Origin: Candidatus Limnocylindria bacterium
GTDB taxonomy: Bacteria > Chloroflexota > Limnocylindria > QHBO01
Reading direction: 5' to 3'
DNA length: 43,132 bases
NCBI GenBank assembly: GCA_035709505.1
Contig: DASTEQ010000160.1
Span: forward strand, 1 to 43,132
Positions 22,515 through 31,477 of this stretch are shown in pieces. The notes beneath the pieces are model-generated. The model made no database searches. It had not been told where the DNA came from and worked only from the letters and a program-made list of their open reading frames with translations. A program made the translations under genes and the position numbers. Every line of letters starts with the position of its first letter. Positions within the stretch are counted from its first letter, which is position 1.

Positions 22515-23567
22515 TCAGGCGCCCGTCGGTGGCGGGGCGGGGCGGCGGCTGAACATCGTCGCCGCGAACCACGCCATCAGCATCGGCAGCGCCACGATGA
22601 GGACCAGTGGGCCCAGCGCCCGCGACGTGGCCCACAGCGCCTGAGCAGGGCCGGATGCCTTGAATCCTGCGTCCACCAGCGACGGGAGGCCGCCGCCGGC
22701 ATCGATCGCCAGGTCGAACGACACGTCTGACGCCGCGGCATCGATCCGCACCTTGGTCAGCCAGGCGCTCTCCGGTACCCACTCCATGCCCTTGTCCGAA
22801 CGCAGGTCGGCAAGCAGTGAGTCGCTCGCGCGACCGCTATGGGCCAACTTCATCCCGTCGGCGGCCATGAGGCTGCCCGGCGCGGGAAGCAGGGCAGGGC
22901 GCTCATCGGTCAGCAGGTAGACGTCTGCTTCGACGGTCTCCGCCTCGGACTTGCCGAGGGCGAGGATGCGGAGGGGAACCCACGGGTCGTCGGTCGGGAT
23001 GGTCAGGTGGACCGGCGTCCCGTCGCCGACCGCCTGCCCCCGAGCGGCGGCCGCATCGGCATCGAAGACCGCGGCCAGGAAGATCGGGGAGCGGTTGGCG
23101 TAGAAGTCGAGGACCTCGGGCGCGTCGGGCGGAAGGCGGAAGCCATGGTCGGTGGCCCATTCCCCGACCTCGGCGCCACCGCCGCGCAGGATGGTGATGT
23201 CGAGGGCGTCGATCCGGACCTCCATGAGCACCTCCGCCCGGGCAGCGCCGAGCGCGGCATCGGCCGCGAGGAATGCGGGCTGAGGCTCGGTCTCGAGGAC
23301 CAGGCGCTGGAGCGTCCAGTCCCCGCCCCGCTCAATCGAGGTCGGAATGTCGGGCAGGGGCACGAGCGAGCCGAACTCGCCCTCCCCGCCGGCAAAAGCA
23401 AAGGCAGTGACGTAATGCTCGACGCCGTCGTGGTATCCGGCGAATGTCGTCGTCCGCAGGAGGTTGACGGCACCGTTCGGGCCGATCAGCCCACCGCAGG
23501 CAAGGGTCGGACCGGCGGTGAGCAGCAGGACGGCCATGGCAGCCGCCAGGGGCACGAGACGTCGCAT
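22515..23567 (-). CDS. DUF2330-like secreted protein with C-terminal membrane anchor
   Basis: 350 aa. Signal peptide ending in LACGG, which I recall as typical of DUF2330, and a C-terminal TM (LVLIVALPMLMAWFAATMF). GGAGG lies upstream. Confidence 0.65.
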   Translation of the reverse strand: MRRLVPLAAAMAVLLLTAGPTLACGGLIGPNGAVNLLRTTTFAGYHDGVEHYVTAFAFAGGEGEFGSLVPLPDIPTSIERGGDWTLQRLVLETEPQPAFLAADAALGAARAEVLMEVRIDALDITILRGGGAEVGEWATDHGFRLPPDAPEVLDFYANRSPIFLAAVFDADAAAARGQAVGDGTPVHLTIPTDDPWVPLRILALGKSEAETVEADVYLLTDERPALLPAPGSLMAADGMKLAHSGRASDSLLADLRSDKGMEWVPESAWLTKVRIDAAASDVSFDLAIDAGGGLPSLVDAGFKASGPAQALWATSRALGPLVLIVALPMLMAWFAATMFSRRPAPPPTGA

Positions 23568-23670
23568 CGGACGCTACCTCCATCACGCGGCCCGGCTGCT
23601 GGCCGCATACGAGTTGATGGCGGCAGGACGGCGTGCGGCGCCCGATGGTTCCCCGACGCAGTCGGGTCGG

Positions 23671-23937
23671 TCAGCCCTCTCGGAAGATCTTGTCGTGCTC
23701 CCGGACGTGCTCGGTGACCTGCAACGCCACGTCGTCCCCGGGGCCGGCGGACTCGACCTTGGCGTGCTCGACTTCCATCGAGTCGACGGTCTGCTCGAGA
23801 TCGGTGGTGTGCCCGGTGATGTGGATTCGGTCGCCGACGCGAAGCGTATCGGTCAGGGTCACCGCCGCCACCGAGAGGTGGCCGAAGTAATGGGTGACGG
23901 TGCCGATTGCCTGGGTCGGATCGTGTCCCTCGGACAT
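23671..23937 (-). CDS. Small translation-elongation-factor-like protein (EF-Tu domain-2 beta-barrel only)
   Basis: 88 aa. IGTVTHYFGHLSVAAVTLTDTLRVGDRIHITGHTTDLEQTVDSMEVEHAKVESAGPGDDVALQV. GAGGAGG lies upstream. Confidence 0.6.
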   Translation of the reverse strand: MSEGHDPTQAIGTVTHYFGHLSVAAVTLTDTLRVGDRIHITGHTTDLEQTVDSMEVEHAKVESAGPGDDVALQVTEHVREHDKIFREG

Positions 23938-23983
23938 CGGTCTGTCCTCCTCGTGCGCACTGTGGTCTGCATGCCTGCGGCCG

Positions 23984-24352
23984 TCAAGACGTTCTGGTCG
24001 GGTCTGGAAGCTGGGCGACGAGCGTCTTGGGCGCCACGGCCCGGTAACTCTCGACGATCCACTCGGTGAGCATCTCCAATGGCGCGTCCTCGGGCGGCTG
24101 GAGCCAGACCCAGTGGCCGCGGTCCATCCGGTAGCCGGGGTTCTTTCCCCACGGCAGGGCCATCGCCAGCTCGTAGGACTCGGGCAGCTTCACGGTCATC
24201 CCGAACGGGTGATCCGCATCGGACAGACCGAAGAAGACGAACACCTTCTTGCCGACCTTGGCCACGTTCTCGCCCCACGGGTGGTCCTCCCATGCCTCCG
24301 GCAGGCCCAGGGCGAAGGCGAGGAGGGGTCCGGCAAGCGGATGGTCGGCCAT
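23984..24352 (-). CDS. MmcQ/YjbR family DNA-binding protein
   Basis: LAFALGLPEAWEDHPWGENVAKVGKKVFVFFG...HWVWL. ATG 24352 is preferred over the TTG at 24361. It lies 18 nt downstream of the dnaE2 stop. Confidence 0.75.
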   Translation of the reverse strand: MADHPLAGPLLAFALGLPEAWEDHPWGENVAKVGKKVFVFFGLSDADHPFGMTVKLPESYELAMALPWGKNPGYRMDRGHWVWLQPPEDAPLEMLTEWIVESYRAVAPKTLVAQLPDPTRTS

Positions 24353-24370
24353 AGGACGCAATTGTGCGGG

Positions 24371-27300
24371 TCAGCGGAACATCCGGCGCTGGCGGATGAG
24401 GTCGAAGCGGGCTTCGCGGTCACGCTCCGGGGAAGCGGATCCTGCGTGCGCGGGCTCGGCGATGACCGCCTGAACCGGCTCGAGATGGGTGGCCACCACG
24501 TTGAGGACCGCCCCCTCGACCTGGAGCCGGCCGGTGACGACCAGCAGCGGGTTGCGGTGGAGCACGGCTCGGAAGCGGCGGTAGACGTCGGGACGGAGGG
24601 TGACGTTCATCATCCCGGTCTCGTCCTCGATGGCGAGAAAGACGAAGCCCTTGGCGGTCATCGGGTGCTGGATCGAGGTCGCCACCCCACCCATCCGGAT
24701 GGTGGACCCGTTCCGCTGCTCCCCGGCACCACGGACGGTGAGCACGCCACGCTCCGTGAGCCGCTCGCGGAACAGCTCGGCGGCATGGGTCGAGGGCGAC
24801 AGGCCCAGCTCGCGGTAGTCGGCGGCCACCCGTTCGGCGCGGCTCATCGGCGGGAGGGTCGCACCCACCTCGCCGGCGGCGGCATCGGTCAGGCCCAGCG
24901 GGGGCCGATCCGGATCCGCGTCGGGCAGGGTGGCGCGGAGCTGCCAGAGCAGCTCGCGGCGAGCATGGTTGGTCCAGTCGAAGGCGCCGATGGCGACCAG
25001 CCGCTCGACCACCGGCTCGGCCAGCCCGGTGCGGGCCACGAAGTCGCGCACCCCCCGGTACGGACCGACGGCCCGCTCGCGCTCGATGATCGTCCGCGCC
25101 GCCTCGTCGATGCCCTTCACCTGGCGCATCCCCAATCGAACGGCGAAGTCGCGGCTCTCGTCCCCGGTCTCGGTCAGGCGCTCGGTCTCGTGCTCCCAGG
25201 CGGATCGGTTCACGTCCACCGGCAGGATCGTCAGCCCGTGGCGGCGGGCGTCGTTGACCAGGGTCGCGGGCGAGTAGAACCCGAGCGGCTGGTTGTTCAG
25301 CAGCCCGGCCAGGTAGTGGGCCGGGTAGCGCAGGCGCAGCCACGCCGTGTCGTAGGTGATCTTGGCGAAGGCCGCGGCATGGGCCCGGGCGAAGCCGAAC
25401 TCGGCGAAGGCGCTGCAGCGGCGGAAGAGATCCTCCGCATCGGCCTCGGTCAAACCGGTCCGTAAGGCGCCGGTAATGAACCGATCCCGCTCGCGCTGCA
25501 TGGCCTGGTGGGACCGATGCGACCCCATCGCCTTGCGGAAGATGTCGGCCTCGGTCGCGCTGTAGCCGCAGACCGTGATCGCGATCTGCATGACCTGCTC
25601 CTGGTAGAGGATCACGCCCAGGGTGTCCTCCAGGATCGGTCGCAGGCTGGGATGGGGGTAGACCGCCTCCTCGAGTCCGGCGCGACGACGCAGGTAGGGG
25701 TGGACGGCGTTGCCCTGGACCGGGCCGGGTCGAATGATCGCGACCTGGACGACGAGGTCCTCGAACCGCGCCGGGCTGGCCTTGGGCAGGGCCTGCATCT
25801 GGGCGCGGGACTCGACCTGGAAGACGCCCACCGTGTCGGCGGTCTTGATCGAGGCGAAGACCTCCGGATCGTCGTGCGGGAGGCTGTCGAGGTCGGGCCG
25901 CGCGCCGGTGTCCCGCTCGATCCGGTCCAGGGCGTCCGACACCGCGCCCAGGGTTCGCAGCGAGAGGAGGTCGATCTTCACCAGGCCCAGGGCCTCGACG
26001 TCCTCCTTGTCGTACTCGGTCACCACCCGGCCGGGCATCGTGGCCCGTTCGATGGGGACGAGCTCGGTGATCGGCGTGCGGGTCACGAGCATCCCGCCGA
26101 CGTGGATCCCGAGGTGGCGCGGGAAGCCGTCGATCTCGGCGCACAGGGCCAGCAGCCACTGCCACCGGTTCCGTGGCCGGATGGGAGTGGATTCCTCCTC
26201 GGCCGGCCCCTCCGTCACGACCGGCGGGCGGGGACGCCGCTCGACGGGCATGCCGCTTTCGGGGTCGACCGCCACGTGCCCCTCGTGCTCGGTGCCGGCG
26301 AAGTCGCTCACCGCCGGCCCGCGGCCCGCGTAGCGCTGCCGTTCCCAGCCCTCGTGGCGGACCTGGACGGTGGAGTGGTCGAGGGCGCTCGGCCGCCGGG
26401 GCGGGTACCAGCCGCTCTCGCTGTAGGGCCGGCCGTCGTGGTCACCGGCCGCGTCCCGGGCCCGGGCCTCGGCCGCGGCCAGGTCGGGGCGAAGCTGCGG
26501 GCGGCCCCGGAAGTTCCAGGTGCTGTCGTTGGTGCGCACGACCAGGGAGTCGCCGCCGCCATCGGTCCCGGGCGCGCCAGCGCCATCGGTATCGGCCTCG
26601 CCCAGCTCGTCGAACAGCCAGCCGAACTCGCCGTCGAGGGCCAGGTCGTTGGCCACCTCGGACGCGTCGCGGGTGTCGAGCGCCTTCGCGATCCGATCCA
26701 CCACGTCCGGTGGGAAGGCGAGGGCCTTGGCCACCTCGCGCACCGCCGACCGGGCACGGTAGGTGATGACGTTGCAGACCATGGCCGAGTGATCCGTGCC
26801 GTAGCGGCGGTAGAGGTACTGGATGACCTCCTCGCGGCGGTTGACGTCGAAGTCGATGTCGATGTCGGGCAGGGCGCGCGCTTCGTTGATGAAGCGCTCG
26901 AACAGGAGCTTGTGCTCGATGGGGTCGACCTTGGTGATTCCCAGGCAGTAGGCAACGATCGAGTCGCCGGCGCTCCCCCGCCCCTGGCCGATGATCTTGT
27001 TCCGCCGCGCGAACTCCATGAGGTCCCACACGATCAGGAAGAACTCGGACAGGTTCGTGCGGTCGATGACGGTCAGCTCGTGGGTCAGCTGCTCGAGGGC
27101 CTGCTTGGTAATGGGCCGATACCGGCGCCGTAAGCCGTCATGGGCAAGCTGGTAGAGGTAGGAGAAGGGCGTCTCCCCGTCGGGAACGGTGAAGCCAGGA
27201 AACCGATAGCGCTCGAAGCCAAGGTCCAGCCGGCAGGCCTGACCGATGGTCGCCGCCTGCGCCATCCCGTCGTGCCAGGCACGCCGGGCACGGGGGTCGG

Positions 27301-28201
27301 GTAGGCCCGCGCCGAGCATCGCAAGCTGGGGGCCGCTCTTCAGCCGGTACTCGGCGTTCGGGAGACGGAGCTCCCGCGTGTCGTCGAGGGAGGCGCCGTG
27401 ATGGATGGCGACGAGCACGTCCTGGAGCCGATGTCCGGCCGCCTCGGCGTAGTGGACCTCGTTGGTGACGACGGTGGGCAGACCCGCTTCGTCGGCGAGG
27501 GATGACAGCTCGGCGACGAGCCAGTCGTCGTCAGGGAGCAGGTGGTGGGACAGCTCCACGCAGAAGTCCCCGTCGGGGAAGTGGCGAGCCCACCGTTCCG
27601 CGGCGCTCCGGGCAGCGGCCCGCTCCCCGGCGAGCAGGCGGCGCGGGATCTCCCCGTTTCGACAGCCACTCAGCCCGATGAGATGGCCCTTGGCCTCGTC
27701 CAGCGCCGACTCCAGCGCCGCCACCTCGAACACGGGGAACGCCTTCTCGCCGGCCAGGTGGCCTGCCGACACGATCCGCGACAGGGCGGCGTACCCGGCC
27801 GGGTCGCGGGCCAGGAGCACGAGATGATCGCCGGGGGCCGGGCCGGCGTGGTGCTCCCCCGGCCAGCCGCGGCTGGCCTTCGCTCCGCGGAGTGGGAGCG
27901 CCATGCGCCGCCCGCGCCGCGCCAGGCGCAGCTCGCGCTCATCGCGGGGAATGGCCAGCTCGACGCCCAGGATCGGCTGCACCGGGGAAAGGCCCGCGGC
28001 GCGGGCGTCATCGGTCTGGGTCGCTTCCGCCCCCTTCCACAGCCGAACCGCCGCGTACAGGCCGGCGTGGTCGGTGATGGCCAGTGCCGGCATCCCGATC
28101 CGGGCCGCGCGGGCCACCAGGTCCTCCGGGTGGCTGGCCCCGTCGAGGAAGGAGAAGTTGCTGTGAACGTGGAGCTCGCAGTACGCGTCCGGACCGACCA
28201 T
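24371..28201 (-). CDS. dnaE2: Error-prone DNA polymerase III alpha subunit DnaE2, with internal insertions
   Basis: PHP domain (YCELHVHSNFSFLDGAS), GQGRGSAGDSIVAYCLGIT, PDIDIDF, PRHLGIHVGGM, KIDLLSLRTLG, C-terminal OB region. ATG 28201; the upstream 114 codons of the track ORF overlap the promoter and MFS gene. Confidence 0.9.
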   Translation of the reverse strand: MVGPDAYCELHVHSNFSFLDGASHPEDLVARAARIGMPALAITDHAGLYAAVRLWKGAEATQTDDARAAGLSPVQPILGVELAIPRDERELRLARRGRRMALPLRGAKASRGWPGEHHAGPAPGDHLVLLARDPAGYAALSRIVSAGHLAGEKAFPVFEVAALESALDEAKGHLIGLSGCRNGEIPRRLLAGERAAARSAAERWARHFPDGDFCVELSHHLLPDDDWLVAELSSLADEAGLPTVVTNEVHYAEAAGHRLQDVLVAIHHGASLDDTRELRLPNAEYRLKSGPQLAMLGAGLPDPRARRAWHDGMAQAATIGQACRLDLGFERYRFPGFTVPDGETPFSYLYQLAHDGLRRRYRPITKQALEQLTHELTVIDRTNLSEFFLIVWDLMEFARRNKIIGQGRGSAGDSIVAYCLGITKVDPIEHKLLFERFINEARALPDIDIDFDVNRREEVIQYLYRRYGTDHSAMVCNVITYRARSAVREVAKALAFPPDVVDRIAKALDTRDASEVANDLALDGEFGWLFDELGEADTDGAGAPGTDGGGDSLVVRTNDSTWNFRGRPQLRPDLAAAEARARDAAGDHDGRPYSESGWYPPRRPSALDHSTVQVRHEGWERQRYAGRGPAVSDFAGTEHEGHVAVDPESGMPVERRPRPPVVTEGPAEEESTPIRPRNRWQWLLALCAEIDGFPRHLGIHVGGMLVTRTPITELVPIERATMPGRVVTEYDKEDVEALGLVKIDLLSLRTLGAVSDALDRIERDTGARPDLDSLPHDDPEVFASIKTADTVGVFQVESRAQMQALPKASPARFEDLVVQVAIIRPGPVQGNAVHPYLRRRAGLEEAVYPHPSLRPILEDTLGVILYQEQVMQIAITVCGYSATEADIFRKAMGSHRSHQAMQRERDRFITGALRTGLTEADAEDLFRRCSAFAEFGFARAHAAAFAKITYDTAWLRLRYPAHYLAGLLNNQPLGFYSPATLVNDARRHGLTILPVDVNRSAWEHETERLTETGDESRDFAVRLGMRQVKGIDEAARTIIERERAVGPYRGVRDFVARTGLAEPVVERLVAIGAFDWTNHARRELLWQLRATLPDADPDRPPLGLTDAAAGEVGATLPPMSRAERVAADYRELGLSPSTHAAELFRERLTERGVLTVRGAGEQRNGSTIRMGGVATSIQHPMTAKGFVFLAIEDETGMMNVTLRPDVYRRFRAVLHRNPLLVVTGRLQVEGAVLNVVATHLEPVQAVIAEPAHAGSASPERDREARFDLIRQRRMFR

Positions 28202-28211
28202 CGGACGATCC

Positions 28212-28239
28212 AGTATAGAACGAATGTTCGATTTGTCCA
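28212..28239 (-). promoter_or_regulatory. dnaE2 promoter: TGGACA-16 nt-TATACT
   Basis: The minus strand reads TGGACA aatcgaacattcgttc TATACT ggatcgtccg ATG. This is a locally AT-rich island squeezed between the MFS stop (28248) and the dnaE2 start. Confidence 0.55.
28216..28231 (-). promoter_or_regulatory. LexA (Cheo-type SOS) box upstream of dnaE2
   Basis: The minus strand reads TCGAACATTCGTTCTA, which matches the GAAC-N4-GTTC consensus of Gram-positive/actinobacterial LexA. It lies inside the promoter spacer, 15 nt from the dnaE2 ATG. Confidence 0.75.
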
Positions 28240-28247
28240 GAGGCAGA

Positions 28248-29468
28248 TCAGGCCTGGGCCGGCTCCGGGACTCGCACCCGCTCGCGCAGGATGATCGCGG
28301 CCGGGACAGTGAGGAACAACCCGCCGAGGAGCGACATTGCCGCGAAGCCGACGACGGCCAACAGGGCGCCCGACGTGATGCTCGCCGTGGCCCCGGCGAG
28401 GAACACGAGGAAGTCGCTCGCCCCCTGGCGCTGCGTCTGGGCCGCCGACGGCGCCCCTTCAACCAGCATGGCGCTGCCCGAGACAAAGCACAGGTTCCAC
28501 CCGTACCCGAGGAGGAACAGGGCCACTGCCAGAAGCGGCCCATCGTGGGCAGGGGCTACCGCCGACAGGACCGCGGCGACGGCCAGGACGACCATCCCCG
28601 CCAGCGCCACGGGCGTGGCCCCTCGCCGGCTGACGAGCCGGGCCGAGAGGGGGGCGAGGGCGAACATGCCGAGCGTGTGGGCGCTGATGACCAGTCCGAC
28701 GAAGACGAGATCGCCACCACCCGCATGGATGTGGAGCGGGGTCATGGTCATGATCAGGACCATGGCCACCTGCCCGCCGAGCATCGCGGCCAACGCGGCC
28801 CGCAGGCGCGGATCCCGGGCGACTGCCAGGACGTGGCTCCCGGCCCAGCCCACCGGCCGCTCCGCGCTCGAGCGCTCCACGATCCGTTCCGACCATCGGC
28901 CGGCGAGGAGGGCGAGCAGGACGGCCATCGTGAACAGGAGCCCGATGATTCCCACCGCGACGACGAGCGGATCGGCGCCAACCGGCTCCGCCAGCGCCTC
29001 GGCCAGCCCCACCAGGTTCGGTCCGAAGACCGCCCCCACCGTCGACCCCCAAACGGCGAGACCCAGCGCCCACGCCCGACGATCGGCGGGGGCCGTGTCC
29101 GCCGCGGCGTAGCGTGTCTGCTGGAGCGCGCCGTTTCCCAGACCAATCGCCAGGCTGGCAACGAACAGCCAGATGAGGGACTGGAACGAGATCGAGACAA
29201 AGACAAGACCGCAGCCAATGACCGCCGCCACGAACCCGGCCGCCACCGCCCGGGGCCGGGTCCAGCGGATCCCGAGGTTCGCGACGGCGACCGCGCCGAA
29301 CGCGGTGGCCAGGGCGGCGAGCGCACTCGGGACGCCGGCAGCGAGCGCGGAGCCGGTGATCTCGAGAACGACGAGCGAGCTGACGACCCACACCGCGATG
29401 TACGCCGTGCTGGCCGATGCCACGGCCGCCACCAGCGCGAGCAGCGGCCGGCGGCCAGTGACGTCCAT
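28248..29468 (-). CDS. MFS transporter
   Basis: 406 aa with about 12 hydrophobic segments and typical MFS loop motifs. TAACAT lies 6 nt upstream of the ATG. Confidence 0.85.
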   Translation of the reverse strand: MDVTGRRPLLALVAAVASASTAYIAVWVVSSLVVLEITGSALAAGVPSALAALATAFGAVAVANLGIRWTRPRAVAAGFVAAVIGCGLVFVSISFQSLIWLFVASLAIGLGNGALQQTRYAAADTAPADRRAWALGLAVWGSTVGAVFGPNLVGLAEALAEPVGADPLVVAVGIIGLLFTMAVLLALLAGRWSERIVERSSAERPVGWAGSHVLAVARDPRLRAALAAMLGGQVAMVLIMTMTPLHIHAGGGDLVFVGLVISAHTLGMFALAPLSARLVSRRGATPVALAGMVVLAVAAVLSAVAPAHDGPLLAVALFLLGYGWNLCFVSGSAMLVEGAPSAAQTQRQGASDFLVFLAGATASITSGALLAVVGFAAMSLLGGLFLTVPAAIILRERVRVPEPAQA

Positions 29469-29557
29469 CGAACTATGTTACGGGGAGGCGGTGGGGGAAC
29501 TGCCAGCGGCGGCGCGGCGTCTGATGGGCTGACAACCACACCTGGAGACCACTCCCC

Positions 29558-30511
29558 GTGAAGACCTCACGCCCCGCGTTCCTGGTCCTCATCGCCGTCC
29601 TCGCCCTGATCCTGGCCGGCTGCTCGCAGGCCGCGAGCGGCCCGGACGCCAAGCCCGGCGACATGCCTGACCTCAACGGAGGCGGCGTGGTCGGCGCCCC
29701 GGAGGAACGCGACGTGGACGGCCTTCCCCCGGTCCCCGGCGACGATGGCGCCAACTTCGGCGGCGGTGAGGAACCGGCCGGCGAGGCGGATCGGTCGATC
29801 ATCCGCACCGGCGAGATCACGGTCGAGGTCGAAAACGTTCCCGAGACAGTCGGCGAGGTCCGCGCCCTGGCCGTCGAGCTGGACGGCTTCATCAGCAACT
29901 CGTTCCAGGGCGAGGTCGAGGACATGGCCACGCTCACGATGCGGATCCCGGCCGACAAGTTCGACGATGCCGTTGCTGCCATTCACGATCTCGACGGCGA
30001 GGTCAAGGCCGAGGCCACCAACGAAGAGGACGTCACCGCCGTCGTCATCGACATCGAGGCCCGCCTCGAGAACCTCCGGGCGGCGGAGGCGGAGTACCGC
30101 GAGCTCCTCGACCGGGCCGAAACGGTGGAGGACATCCTCGCCATCCAGAACCAGCTGTTCGCGGTCCGCGGCGAGATCGAAGCCTACGAAGCGCAGCTCG
30201 AGTACTACACCGACGCGGTCGACCTGGCGACGCTCACCGTCTCGATCATTCCCACGCCGGAGCCGGTCGAACAGGCCACCGAGGACTTCGACCCGAGCGC
30301 CAATGTGGAGGAGGCCGTCGCGTCCCTGGTCGCGTTCGGCCAGTGGCTGGTCAGCGCAGGGATCTGGCTGCTCATCGTTGGTATCCCGGCCCTCATCGTG
30401 TTCGGGATCGTGGCGTTCGTCGCCTGGAAGCTCTTCCGTCGGGTCCGCCCCGCACGACCGCCACAGGCACCGCAGGCCCCCTCCTCGGAGGCTGACGTCT
30501 CAGCCGGCTGA
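29558..30511 (+). CDS. DUF4349-like lipoprotein with coiled-coil region and C-terminal TM pair
   Basis: Lipobox LILAGCS, then IIRTGEITVEVENV...MRIPADKFD...EARLENLRAAEAEYRELL, and two C-terminal TM segments. GTG start. Confidence 0.75.
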   Translation: MKTSRPAFLVLIAVLALILAGCSQAASGPDAKPGDMPDLNGGGVVGAPEERDVDGLPPVPGDDGANFGGGEEPAGEADRSIIRTGEITVEVENVPETVGEVRALAVELDGFISNSFQGEVEDMATLTMRIPADKFDDAVAAIHDLDGEVKAEATNEEDVTAVVIDIEARLENLRAAEAEYRELLDRAETVEDILAIQNQLFAVRGEIEAYEAQLEYYTDAVDLATLTVSIIPTPEPVEQATEDFDPSANVEEAVASLVAFGQWLVSAGIWLLIVGIPALIVFGIVAFVAWKLFRRVRPARPPQAPQAPSSEADVSAG

Positions 30512-30531
30512 CCCTTTTTCGCCAGACCGAT

Positions 30532-30568
30532 AGCGCCCGGCTGGTCCGCACGGGGCCGGCCGGGCGCT
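30532..30568 (+). terminator. Intrinsic terminator-like hairpin after the DUF4349 gene
   Basis: AGCGCCCGGC ... GCCGGGCGCT forms a perfect 10-bp outer stem, extendable through GGTCC/GGGCC around a GCAC loop. It is followed by TTCTCC. Confidence 0.55.
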
Positions 30569-30674
30569 TCTCCTGCCGGCCGCCTGCGCGGCAGCGAATT
30601 CCGGGCCGTTCGGACTGCCCACCTCGGGACTCAGGGCACTGTTGCGCATCTGCGCATATGTCGATGCTGCGGCC

Positions 30675-31025
30675 ATGGATGAAATCTCCGCCATGCAGGT
30701 CGACGTTCTGCGGGCCCTGGCCAATCCGCGCCGGCTGCAGATCCTCCATCGACTGGCCGATGGCCCGGTCGAGGTCGGAGCCCTGGCCGCCGAGCTGGGC
30801 ATCAGCCAGCCCAACGCCTCTCAGCACCTCTCCGTCATGCGAACAGCCGGAGTCGTGGAGGCAGAGCGGATTGGCCGTGAGGTCCGCTACCGGGTCAGCG
30901 ACCCGGACGTGATCGTCGCCTGCGGGCTCATGCGGACCGTGCTCGAGCGCCGAATCGACCGATTGGCTGGTCTGTCAGCCGGCATGCGCATCACGCCGCC
31001 AGAACCTGTTGCAGCACGAAGGTGA
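30675..31025 (+). CDS. ArsR/SmtB family transcriptional regulator
   Basis: LRALANPRRLQILHRLADGPVEVGALAAELGISQPNASQHLSVMRTAGVV winged-HTH. The start is uncertain: in-frame TTG 30642, ATG 30675 and ATG 30693 are all possible. Confidence 0.8.
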   Translation: MDEISAMQVDVLRALANPRRLQILHRLADGPVEVGALAAELGISQPNASQHLSVMRTAGVVEAERIGREVRYRVSDPDVIVACGLMRTVLERRIDRLAGLSAGMRITPPEPVAARR

Positions 31026-31444
31026 ATGCCATGGACGCGCCGCTCAACCTCGTTCTCTTCTCCGGCACCGACGACCGACTGAACGCGGCCGCCGTCCTGG
31101 CCGCGGGCGCCGCGGCGCTCGGCCGGCCGGTCAACGTGTTCCTCCAGTACTGGGCCCTCGATGCGTTCCGCGCGGACCGGATCAGTGCTGACCACGGTCT
31201 CGCGCCCGAGGCCGGGGAGGCCGGCCGCCAAGCCGTGGATGCCCTCCGATTGGCGGGCCAGGCGACCTGGGCGGACACCCTGCGCCAGGTCAAGGAGCTC
31301 GGCGGAATCGACATCCAGGCCTGCTCACTGTCGATGGACCTGCTCCACATCACCGAGGCCGACCTCGATCCCCTGGTCGACGGAGTCGAGGGCGTGACCG
31401 CCTTCTACCTGAACGCCGGTGATGGACCGGTGACCTTCATCTGA
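31022..31444 (+). CDS. DsrE/DsrF-like sulfur-relay family protein
   Basis: 140 aa. LVLFSGTDDRLNAAAVLA...IQACSLSMDLL, with a conserved Cys in the ACxxxM context. The start (GTG 31022 or ATG 31031) overlaps or abuts the ArsR stop. Confidence 0.7.
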   Translation: MNAMDAPLNLVLFSGTDDRLNAAAVLAAGAAALGRPVNVFLQYWALDAFRADRISADHGLAPEAGEAGRQAVDALRLAGQATWADTLRQVKELGGIDIQACSLSMDLLHITEADLDPLVDGVEGVTAFYLNAGDGPVTFI

Positions 31445-31477
31445 GGCCCTGCCACAACGCGATAGGAGACCACGACC

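Noticed and set aside
23652-23666. Hairpin CCCGAC-GCA-GTCGGG after the EF-Tu-like gene as a terminator. Likewise the 6-bp CTGCAC/GTGCAG hairpin at 42580-42598 between tRNA-Ala and the glnQ-like gene.
   Set aside because: The stems are only 6 bp, with no U-tract on either strand. That is too weak to call without 3'-end data.
26170-26605. The DnaE2 insertion as an intein.
   Set aside because: There is no Cys/Ser/Thr at the N-terminal junction followed by intein blocks, and no His-Asn plus nucleophile at the C-terminal junction. The composition is low-complexity rather than a Hint or homing-endonuclease fold.
29471-29482. GAACTATGTTAC upstream of the MFS gene as a possible third LexA box.
   Set aside because: The right half-site is TTAC rather than GTTC (two mismatches in the core). 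The sequence is better explained as the complement of a TAACAT -10 box 6 nt from the MFS ATG.
30675-31025. Calling the ArsR-family regulator a BigR/SqrR-type persulfide sensor.
   Set aside because: The expected helix alpha-2 cysteine is absent (His in QILHRL) and only one Cys is present from the ATG start. I left it as a generic ArsR/SmtB regulator and flagged the discrepancy as a finding.
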